Assembly: GCA_045837725.1 (NCBI GenBank)
Contig: JBEWZL010000003.1
Coordinates: 434,001-498,000, forward strand
DNA: 64,000 nt
Direction: 5' to 3'
DNA from: Vermamoeba vermiformis
Taxonomy: Eukaryota
Shown: positions 51,508 through 62,987 of the stretch, in pieces
Numbering within the stretch: position 1 is the first letter of the stretch
Layout of the letters: each line of letters opens with the position of its first letter
Notes under the pieces: generated by a model
Database searches by the model: none
Told to the model about the DNA's origin: nothing
What the model saw: only the letters and a program-made list of their open reading frames with translations
Translations under genes and position numbers: made by a program

Positions 51508-54500
51508 ATGGAGGCTAACAATAGCAACACTTCAAACCCGACCACTCCCGTCAACAACAACAGAGGAGGTTCTGCCCGCAAATCTCGTCCCCAGCGCCAA
51601 AGAGCGAACACGGATGAAGATCAGAAAGTGAAGAGCAAAGACTCCACGCCCGTCGGAAGCGAGAAAAAAAATCGAAAGGAGACCGATCGTAGCCCCTTCA
51701 CTGGAGGACGAGGAGGACGTGGTCGTGGTGGCTTAGGGTAATTTTCTTATTTTTTGTAAATTTTTCTGGATGATTGGTACCGTGAGACTCCGCAGTGAGC
51801 TCAGCAGACCGATCTTTGTTTATTCATACGGAAGAATGCATATATCCACCAAATTTAATTATGATAATGTCGCATGAACTGACGAGACCTCGCGCAGTTA
51901 CACCCCGCCACGAGATGCCCCTAAACGCAACTCGCGCCCACAAACACCGGACCAACAGGCGAGCAGCTTTCCTCAACGTAGCTACAACAATATGCCTTTC
52001 AATTACGGCGAAGAGAACAAAAAGCTCAGCCACCCTCCTCGCTTCAGTCCGTTGCCTGGATCATTCTTGGAAGTCAACACACCTCCCAAACGCGAGCGCG
52101 ATGGCAATGATAGCAACACTAACACGCCTTCGTTTCGCAAGAAAGGTTTTGGCGCCAGTCCCAAGCCAGGAGCTAGCCCGTTGAAGTCTTCGGCGGATGT
52201 CCCTTCCGAACAAAAGAAAAAACGCAGAAAGACAAAGGCAGCCAATGGCGAGCAAGCAGCAGGCGAGGCTGTACCGAAGCAAGAGGGCGCTGAAGGAGCG
52301 ACAGGCGAGAAGAAGCGTAAGAGACGTCCCCGCAAGAAAAAGAATGCTGAGGGCGGTGAAGGTCAGCCCAAGACTCCGGCCAAAGAGCAGAATAACAAGT
52401 CTGCTGCCAACACTCCTGCTGGTCAGAAGGGCAAGCGATCCTCGCCAGTGTATGACGAGTACTGGACTGAAGAGCAAGTCGAACAAGCCGTCAAAGAAGG
52501 CAAAGCACATCTGGCTGAACTGCGCGTCAATCCGTACAACCGTTCTGAAGGGTAATATAATGCTTTATTAGTACGCTATATGGTAGTATGCTAACTTGAC
52601 TGCAGATACTCAACTGTGCGCGGCTACAGCAATGACGTGATGATTGAAGGGCGTGCGCAAAACCGAGCATTTGACGGCGATGTGGTGGTCCTCGTTGTGG
52701 CAGCAGAGAATGACTGGGTGCCACTCAAGGTCAAGGAAGAGGATGAGGATGAGGCCAAGACCGAGATCCATCACGCTGAAGAAGAAGACGAGCCCGTGGA
52801 CATTGATCTCGATGCTCTCAAGGTCGGTTCACCCGAAAAGGACATTGAATCGCTGCAAGACCGCATGGCACGCGTTGATCTGAGCGACGAGACTACTAGC
52901 GAAAGCGAGGAAGAGAGCGATGAGAGTGAAGAGGACGAGGAGTCGAGCGAGGACGAAGAGCCCTTGCACGCTGCACCAATCAGCAACACTCCTGCTGCAG
53001 CGGACAAACCTGTTGGCACTGACACTCCCAGCACTGACAAGCCTGCTGAGACCCCCGCAGCTGTCAGCACACCTGTCAAGTCCACTCCTGTCTCAGTCCC
53101 CAGCACACCAGTCACCGCTAAGGGTACTGCTACACTCAAACAGACTCCTTCAAAGGCAGCACCAATCATGCGCCCTGTTGGTCGTGTAGTTGCCATCAAA
53201 GAAGCACGTCACAAGACACGCACATTTGTCGGTTTCTTGCGCCCCAACAGTCCCAAGGGTGGTGTGCGCGAGAGTGACAAGGCCGTGCAGTTCGTGCCCC
53301 TCGACAAGAAGCACCCCAAGTTCTTGATCTTGCGCCGTGACGTGCCTCAAGAGTACTTGCAGAAGTGGGAGGAACTCAAGGACATTTTGTACTCCGTCAA
53401 GTTCTGGAAGTGGTCCATTGACATGCGCATGCCACTCGCTCGTGAAGTGAAGAAGATTGGTCTCGCAGGCTCCATCATTGCTGAGACGCAAGCGCTGATC
53501 ACTGAATACGAAGTCGATGACAGTGACTTCCATCCTCGACTTGTTGAAGGTATTCCCGACAAGTTGGAAATTACGCCTGAAGAACAAGCTCTGCGCCGTG
53601 ACTTCCGCGACATTCGCGTGTTCACGATTGATCCCAAGACAGCACGAGATCTTGATGACGCGCTGTCGTGTGTCAAGCTCGAGAACGGAAATTTCAAAGT
53701 CGGCGTGCACATTGCTGATGTGAGCCACTACGTGAAGCCAGGCTCAGAACTCGATCAAGTGGCACGCGGCAGATCAACCTCGGTCTATCTCGTGCAAGAG
53801 TGCATTCCGATGTTGCCGCGTCAGTTGAGCGAGAACTTGTGCAGTCTCAACCCTCGTCTCGATCGATTTGCCTTCTCGGTCGAGTGGGAACTGACGCCCA
53901 GCGGAGAGATCGTGTCGCAATGGATCGGCAAGTCTATCATTCGCACCTGCTGTCGTCTGGCCTACGAAGACGCGCAGTTAGTGATTGAAAGCGGCACTAT
54001 TGAAGACCCCAAACAACGCAATCTCAAGTCGCTTGAAGCTCTGTACAACTTGAGCATGATGAACCCTGCAGTGGAGCCTCATCTCATTGCGCAGGACATC
54101 CTCAACTTGCACTCCATCGCTGTCAAGTTGCGCGAGAAGAGATTTGCCAGCGGTGCCTTGAAGTTGGACAGTGTGCGCCTCTCATTCACCCTCGATGAGG
54201 ACGGCAATCCCACTGGCTACTACCAATACGTTCAACGCGAGTCCAATCGCTTGGTCGAGGAGTTCATGTTGCTCGCGAACATGTCAGTCGCGGAGTTCAT
54301 TTACAAAGTGTTCCCTAAGGCCGCACTGCTCCGTAGACACCCGCCACCCAACGAGCGCAAGATGAATGATTACGTCAAGTTCTTGAGCTCATTGGGCATT
54401 CATCTGACTGGTACTTCATCTGCTGAACTGCATCGCTATTTGGAGACCTGTCACTTGCGTTACCCCGCCATCCAGAACATCCGTCGCATTCTCGAAGAAC

Positions 54501-55102
54501 TGACCACTCGTCCCATGCAAGTGGCGCAGTACTTCTGTTCCGCGGAGATTGATGACTTGCAAATCAAGGACTACGGACACCACTATGCCCTCAACGTGCC
54601 TTACTACACGCACTTCACCTCGCCCATTCGTCGCTACCCTGATCTCATCGTGCATCGTACATTGCAAGCTGCGCTCTTGGCCACGCAACAGAAGCCAGTC
54701 CCCGAAGGTTTTGTTGTGTCCTCTGACAGCTTGAAAGAATGGGCGGTGTACTGCAACAACAAGAAGATGAATGCAAAGCGCGCACAAGAGAAGAGCTCGC
54801 ACGTCTACTTGTGTGCCTACATGAAAGATCATCCGCTTGAAGAGGATGCAGTGGTCATTGAGCTGTCCAAAAAGGTGTTTGCCGTGTTCAGCATGACCAT
54901 TGGCGAGCGATGCCGCATCTTCACCGAGGACTTGAAGTGTTCACGCGTTGACTGGCAGAGCGACTCTAAGACCCTCAAGTTGGCGTGGCCCAGTCGATCA
55001 TTGACCCTCAACTACTTCCACACTGTGCCTGTCCGATTCACAGCTACGAACACGCACCCAGCTGATATCAAGGCACAACTGCTCTTGGATCCGACCAACT
55101 AA
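51508..55102 (+). CDS. DIS3L2: DIS3-like exonuclease 2 (RNase II/RNB family)
   Basis: NRAFDGDVV, FTIDPKTARDLDDALS, VHIADV, LVEEFMLLAN, HYALN..YTHFTSPIRRYPD. No PIN domain. Confidence 0.92.
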
Positions 55103-55180
55103 TTCACTCACTTGTAAATAGTACTCATCTGTACCATTGCTTGTAAAAATACACCTGCGAACACAAACACTATTGTACAT

Positions 55181-57215
55181 TTATTCTTCGTCACTCAAGT
55201 CATACGGCTCCAAGTCTTCACCGAGCACGTACAACACGCGATTGAGTCGTTTAATGCGCACCAAGTCAAATCCACCGTGAAATATCGACGTGATGGGAAT
55301 GTAGTCTGTCAGCTGTGTCTCGACGTAGGTTCGTTCATCCAGTCCTGAGCCATCGTACCACTGCACTTTGACTTTTTGACGTTTGACTGAATTCGGCTCT
55401 TCAACGACCTTGGCAATCCAATAGTACTCATCGACTTCTTCAGGGGCACGACACGCGACGTGAGTGCCAATCTTGAGCTCAAAGTCGTGCTTGCCTTTAG
55501 TCTTGCGCTTGGGCTTGTCGCTGAAGAACTCGTCTTCCACTTCAATGTCCACTGACTTGCGACGTTTCTTGCGCTCTTCAAGTTCTTTGCGGCGCTTTTC
55601 ATTTTCTTCTTTGATTTTATCAAATGGGACATAGGTCGAACCACCTTGAATGACTATACCACTCCTGGATGATGACAGCGATGACGGCTGGGACTTGTCG
55701 CCCTCTTCATTGATTTCTTTCTCTTCATTTTCTTCTTTCTCTTCCTTGTTATCTTTGCTGCCTTCAATCTCTTTGTGTCCATCAGTGCTGTCTGTCGCTG
55801 GTTTCACAGTTGTTTTCGGCTCTTCTTCTTTGACCACTTGTTTCCTCGCGCTCCTTCTCGTCTTCGCGTTAGTGTTGCTCTTGATCTCCACGACGTCAGT
55901 GTTCGCACTGTCACCTTCACTCTTGCGACGCCACTTAGCTTCACGCGCACTGACCTCGCTCTCGTTGTCTTCTTTTTTGCTCGAGTTCTCATCATTCGAC
56001 TCAGTCTGTCAACACAGCAGTCAATATCTGACACGTGTCACGCACGTCAATTACATACTCGCTTCAAGTTCTCGTTGATCAAGTAGTGTGCCACACTCGG
56101 ATAACGACCGTCGCGCTCGACCATGGTGTACATCACACCTGTGGCTCCGTAGCCCTTGCGATTGCGACAGATGGAACAGTTGCAAATATCACGGCCTGTA
56201 TAAAGGTTCAGTGAATATTTGCAGTGCGTGAAATAGTTGCAAAGACTACGTACATGTTGGGCACACCCAGTTCTTGTTCTCAATCACTTCCAACAAATTT
56301 TCACCGTATCGGATCTGCAAACAACGCCCGCAGAACTGACCTGCAAGTAACAAAGGGTTATTACTATATTTGGTAATATCAACATGGCTTTCTTACCAGC
56401 TCCGCGATGATCTGCACATTTGCTGCAGCGTGTCTTTTTGTCAATTGTTTTCTGACGACATTGATGACACGTCGACCCATTGATCTGAATGTCAATATGA
56501 CACGTGTCAAACAGTGACTTGCATGCACGTGTCATCGTTACGTACCGGATCGAGAATTTTGTCAGCCCACACATCGGGATAGGGTGTCGTGCACGTGCCG
56601 AGTCGTTCCTGGAATGAAATCGTTAGCGGATCTGACCACACCTTGCGTGCCAAGATAATAAAGTATATGATATATATCATACCAAGTACGACGGGTCATA
56701 TTCCTCTTTGACGGAGGCAACGCCGAACATCTCGTAGTCAACACTCGCACGACGCGGTCTCTTCTTGCGCTCTCTCGTGTGCTCGCGCTCGTCTTCATCG
56801 CTCTCGTAGTAGTAATGCATGGCATCAATTTTAGCGAGTTCACTCTCGGCATAGCTCACTGCTGCTTCCTAACAAAAAGCGAGGGATCAGATCGGATCGC
56901 AACTTTGGACGTTATTTCGAAGAATTAAACGGTCTAATAAATTTAATAATATTAATGCGGTATTACCATGCCCTGAATACGGCTCGAGCGACGCACCACT
57001 GTTGGAAGTGGTTTGGATGGACGCTTGCGCTTCTTTTCCTAATGAATGAATCAATTAATTGCAAAATACAGTATTATAATAATTATAATAATTACTTGTT
57101 CTTTTTGTTTGCGAATATCTTTCAGTGTTGCATCCAAACCAAGATCCTGAAACAAAGCTTTGTTTCGCTCAATATTAAGTCGCCGTTGCAACTCATAGTC
57201 TGAAATGGTGCCCAT
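55181..57215 (-). CDS. CDCA7-like zf-4CXXC_R1 protein with a C-terminal Tudor-like domain
   Basis: Spliced GSTCHQCRQKT..CSKC..GQFCGRCLQIRYGE..W.CPTCRDICNCSICRNRKG.GATG..SVAHYL. N-terminal SDYELQRRLNIERNKALFQDLGL. ATG at 57215. Confidence 0.85.
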
Positions 57216-57896
57216 ATTGTACGAGAATACGAATGAAGAACTGATTTGTGTTCCGTGACGCGTGGGATCGTCAACAAAAAAAGATATTTTCTTTTATTCT
57301 TTTATCTTCAGTTATGAATACAAGTAAGGTATAGGCACAATAATTCCAAATGAACAACACTTGTAGTTGCCCCCTTTACCTTGGAAGACATCCGTTCGAA
57401 CATAAGGCCCTCGGTAGAATCATGCGATTAAATTCGTGCGTTTATATTTCTGAACAGCTCATTTATTTTAAAATGTAATTAAAGACGTTACCGCAAATAC
57501 ATTAAGGGTACAAATTTTTTTCGGTGCTTCGGAACTCCGTAACTTGGATCTCGGTTGTACGACGTGATCACGGTGTATCCCCATTATATTCCATTAAACA
57601 GTAACATAAGGGATTAGAAATTAAAATGGCGCAAACCTTTAGTTGCTCTTCGATCGATCAAGAAATTGCAACTTCCCAACGCGAAACAAATCGAAAGACG
57701 ACAGATAGTGCATCTAATGAAAGGACTGTGTGACATATACTTGTAATAGTCGAATCGGTATTAGCATGGAATTGGGCTCGCAAATAGGTTGATCTGTCAT
57801 TTTTTTGACACTTGACACGGGCCTGGTCATTCAAACTGTATTTTTATCGCACGAGCACAACTGATATCAAAAAAGATATTATTGAGCGAGTGCACC

Positions 57897-60800
57897 ATGG
57901 AGAACAATTCCAACAGCCCCTCTACACCGCCAGATCCGACCAGTCTCGAATCTGCAGTTGCTTCTGAAGTTGTCGAAGAAAAAAAGGCAGAACCTAATGA
58001 ACTGGATATGGTTAATGAGCTCAGATTTAATGAGCCAGATAGTCCTAGTAATATTGAATACGACCCCGCTGACCCGACCAAGATCAAGTTGGTCACGTTT
58101 GCTAAATTAATTGAAAAATTAACCTCGCCAACTAAATATGGTATGAATGACTGCCCATATAATGCAATTGTACAATTAAATAAGTTATATGTTATTAATT
58201 AACGCATAATTTTATCAGATACGAATCTGCTCCACGATGTCATGTTGACTTATCACTCTTTTGCTACTTCAAAGCAGCTCTTATTAGCCCTCATGAAGCG
58301 GTAAGATTCTACATGATATTTTTCAGCCTCATTTACTTGTCTTGGTAAATACGACCCTGAAATTTACATTGGCTGTTTGCAACGCGGAACTACAATGAGA
58401 AAACAATTAAGACACTATGCCATGATATTAATATTTAGTATTGTAGACACGAAACAGCCCCTGCGGATGCGGACCAAAAAGTCATTTATTTGAGGTAAGA
58501 AATTGGAATTATTTGCATCCCAAACCAAAATTGGAATTATTTGCGTTATATAGCTTAATATTAATTTGATACACTATTATCATCAAATCACAAAATAATA
58601 TCGTAGGCTCTAGTTTTGTGAGTGCCACACAAAATTTTTGATTTCGATAGCAAAATCTTCTAGTTTTGTTATTCAGCTGGAGAGATTAAGACTAGCAACT
58701 GTTATGATTTTGAGCACAATTTTTGATTGAATACGATCAAATCCAAAGCAATGCTAAAAAGTTTTTGACCGATTGTGCATCCGTTCGTAATTAATTGACC
58801 TCGTTTTTATTATTATTACAGAGTCTTCGTAGTATTAAAGCACTGGATTGACAATCACTGGCACGACTTCAGTCAAGACACTTCGTTGCGTCCTATTTTA
58901 GAGCAATTCTTAGAGCGATGCATCCAAACAGACCCTGCCAAGAACAAAGTCCCTGCTGAACAAGTGCGCACTGCCTTGCAGAACAAGGTAAGTAATAGGC
59001 ATTGGAAACTATCATATGCGACCTTGTAATTAACGAGGCTGTTCAATAATGATTTTGTTGACACGTGTCATTAATCAATTTGCAGCTCGAGAACCGCGAG
59101 AAAGGCAAGATCAACACGATGAAGCCACCCAGACCAAAGTTGCCCAAGAACGTTGAAGACCCGCTCACTGAGCTCGACGAAGAGGAAATCGCACGTCAAT
59201 TGACGCTGTTCGAGTGGAACTTGTGGTCGAGCATTCAGCCCTACGAGTGCTACGGTCTCGCGTGGACTAAGAAGGACAAAGAGAAGAAGGCCCCGAACAT
59301 CTTGTCGATGATTGCGCAGTTCAACTACATCAGCAGTTGGGTCGCTACTACGCTCTGTACCACCGAGGACCCGCGCAAACGATTGGCCCTGCTGAAGAAG
59401 TTCTTGCTCGTGGCCAAGTTCTTGAAGAAGATGGGCAATTTAAACGCAGTGATGGAGATCTTGTCGGGCATCAATCGTGGCCCTGTCTTCCGTCTCGAAC
59501 GCACTTTTGCTGTACGTCTTAGAAACGACTGCTAGACGCCATATTAATTACATTTATCTTCAGGGTCTCGACGCCAAGGGCAAGAAGATTCTCGACTCGA
59601 TCAAGGAGATGTGCAGCAATGAACGTTCGTACAAGAACGTGCGTGATTACCTCTCCAACATCAACCCGCCCTGCATTCCTTATTTGGGCATGTACTTGAC
59701 CGATTTGACCTTTATTGAAGAAGGTAACAAGGACTTTTACGGCAATTTGATCAACTTCCGCAAGCGTCGTCAAACCTCTGAGACCATCCGTAAAGTGCAG
59801 CAGTACCAACAGACCCCGTACAACTTGGAGTTGGTCGAGTTCATTCAAAAGAAGCTCAAGAATCTCAAGGTCTTGAACGAGAACGAGCTCTACGAGTGCA
59901 GTTACTACATTGAGCCCAGACCCGGCAAAGAACGTGCCGCTGTGAAGCCTGAAGGACTTGGTGGACCTCCTCGCCAGAACTCTCAACCTCAAGCTGAAGA
60001 GGTGATCAAGATTGAGCTCGAGCCCTTGCAAGGCTATCCCTTCGGTGTTGCCGACACCGTGCACAACTTGCAAGTGGAGCGTGAGACCAATCAAGTGAAA
60101 GGTGCCACGCTGCCGAAGATGATTGAGCGCTTGACGCACCATCAACACGCGGACACTAAGTCTTTGCCTTCGTTCTTGGCGACTTACCGCACCTTCTCGA
60201 ACCCACACGAGTTGTTCGATCTCTTGGTGGCTCGATTCAAGATGCCTGCACCCAAGGACAAGTCCCCTGACAACATGGAGAAGTACAACACCAAGATGTT
60301 GGTGCCTGTCCGATTGAGAGTTGTCAACGTGCTCAAGACTTGGGTCGACAAGCACTACTACGACTTCGAGAACGACGTTGAGTTGAAGAAGAAGCTCTTG
60401 GCATTCATTGAAGGACCTCTGTCTCAGAACGCTACTTGGTCTGGTTCAATGCGCCAATTGGTCCAAAAGAAGGACGAGACACGCAATCAAAACCCGTACA
60501 CCAACAAGGACTACACTGGTGCTCCTCAGCCTATCTTGCCCTTACCTACTTTGGATCCCATCGCTGCTACATTGTTCGACCTTGACACGGAGGAGTTAGC
60601 TCGTCAATTGACCCTCATGCACCACGAAATCTTCCTCAAGTTGCGTGCCGATGAGCTCTTGTTGCTCGCTCAAAAGTACCGCAAGCCTAAGAACGCAGGC
60701 TCTGCAGCTGAAAGTCTCACTCCTCGCGGCACTTCATTGGACGCCGAGCTCGAAGTGAAGGCCCCTAATGCTGCTGCCCTTCAAGCCTTGTCCATGCACA

Positions 60801-62881
60801 TCAAGGCGTGGGTCGATCAAGAGGTCAACATCGCTCAATCTGTCGGCAACATGCCAGCCGCCATCAAGAAGTTGATTGACATCGTTGTCTCTTGCGACAA
60901 GTTGAACAACTTCCAATGCGTGAAGACGATCATTGGTGGCCTCGAGAAGACCTTTGTTACCGAGTACATGAACGCTTGGGAGACTGTTCCTGCTGACTAC
61001 CGTCGCATGTTCAACGACTACAAGGAGCTTGTTACTCGCAAGAACGCTCCCAAGTTGCGCGAAAAGATCGGCGCAGCATCACCTGTTGTGCCTTCATTCA
61101 GCTTGTTCTTGGAAGACATGGCTGACATCGAAGACAAGTCCCCTGACATGCTCGGTCAGACCATGATCAACTTCTCCAAGAAGCACATGCTCGGTCTTGT
61201 CTTGACGCGCATCCAATCCAAGCAAAGTGTCGCTTACAATCTTCACCCTGTAGAGATTATTCAAGCCTATCTTAAGCGTCCTCGTGCCGTTGAAGACAAG
61301 AACCAAAGCGTCTTTGGTCGTGCAAGCAGTTCGAGCTCTAACAGCGACCCTCAGATCAAGTACTTCATGATCGACTTGCTCTGCAACGACTCTGACTTCA
61401 AGAACGAACTGACTGAGATGGTTGGTGAGGCCTTGCGCGAGGAAGTGGCTCGATTGAAGAGCGAGTTGTCGATTGGCAAGCCCATCAACGACATCAGCGA
61501 GCCAGCTGTGTTCGTGAACAACGTGACCATCAACTCGACGCCCAAGATGACCGCCATGAACCTCTCGATGAGTGGTTCAATCATGAACCCCAACTCGCCC
61601 AACTCACCCGCTCTCGCAGGCAAGCAGATGCAGAAGCAGACTTCATCGCCCACGTTCCAAAACATCCTCAAGAGCAGCGGTGCAGTCGGTACTCCTCCTG
61701 GCAGTCCAATGAACTTGCGCTTCGGTGTCACGCCCAAGCAGCCCCCCACGCTCGCCAAGGAGGGCTCGTTCACTCTTGGCTCGAAGCCCATCACCACGCT
61801 CACCGGTGGTCCTGGCAAACAGCCCCCAATGCTCGCGAAGGAGAACTCCTTCACCCTCGGCTCAGCTGGCTACTACTCCGCTACTCCCAAGCAAGCGCCG
61901 TTCGGTGGTCCAGTCAACTCGCCTCCTCCCAACACGCGCATGACTCTCAGCGGCAGTTCCACGCAAATCATGCCTCCCAATGCTGCAGGTCCCAATGTCA
62001 TGCCCAATGGCACTGCTGGTCCACGCATGACTTTGCCTGGCAACTCCAGTGGCTCCATCAGTCCGCCAGGCTCACCTGTGGTCACTGCGCACAACGCTCA
62101 GCCTCCTCAACAGCCTTTGCAACCACTCAATCCTCAACCGACTAGCCCGCAACAAACAGCTCCGAATGGCATTGTTAGACCTACTTCGCCTCAACCAACA
62201 GCCCCGCAGACTCAACAAACTCCTGTTCAAGTTGCGGCACCACAACAACCTCAGACCACTACACCGCCACAAGTCCACACCCCACCCACTGCTCAACCTA
62301 CTCAAACTGCTCCGCCTCAGCAGGTTGTGGCCCAAACTCCACCTCCTCAGACTGTTGCCCCTGTGCAAGAAGCTTCACCTCAGGTGCAGCCACAAGCACA
62401 GCAAGAGGTTCAAGCACAACCTCAACCTCAACCTCAACCTCAAACGGCGCCTCAACTTCAACCTCAAGCAGCGCCTCAAGTCACTCAACCGCCCCAGACT
62501 CCTCATGCACAGGCCGCTCCTGACGTGTTGGATCCGGCCACTATTCGTCCGTTCAAGCTCGAAGACGCCCTCAATGTGTTGGGCCAACAGTTCCCTGGTG
62601 TTCCACTCGAGCAATGGAACTACTACGACGAGAAAGGTGCTGTGCTCGGCACTCCTTCGAACGTGCAGATCTCGTACGTGAAGAAGGGTCCCAGTTGCTA
62701 CTTGTGCGACATCAAGCCTCAAGTTGCTGTCGCGGATGTCGGCACACTTCTCAAAGTGGGCACGTTGTATCGCTCTGTGAACCCTCAGGACCGCTTGGCA
62801 TGCGTGATTATCACCCCGAACATCACGCCCAGAGCTGAGGAGATCGCACAGAGATACTACATCAAAGTCTACAAGATCTAG
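57897..62881 (+). CDS. Tandem RasGEF (REM-CDC25-REM-CDC25) with P/Q-rich linker and an unusual C-terminal domain
   Basis: Two E(I/L)ARQLTL motifs, PCIPYLGMYLTDLTFIEEGN, INFRKR and INFSKK, and two REM segments (LKHWIDNH, LKTWVDKH). Confidence 0.9.
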
Positions 62882-62987
62882 AGTGGCTTGAGCACGTTGT
62901 TTTGTGCGAGTTCTGCGTACGGAACAATAAACCGCTAGTTGTATCTCATTTCTATTGTTATTTATTACAAGTATGTACAATTAAGAG

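Noticed and set aside
57216-57896. tRNA or other ncRNA in the larger intergenic gaps (also 18112-18526, 44046-44467, 50954-51507)
   Set aside because: No cloverleaf, A/B box pair or snoRNA box structure could be supported by eye.
62410-62470. (CAACCT)n repeat, and the N/D/E/S triplet repeats at 45300-45860
   Set aside because: These are ordinary coding low-complexity regions (QP and acidic tracts).
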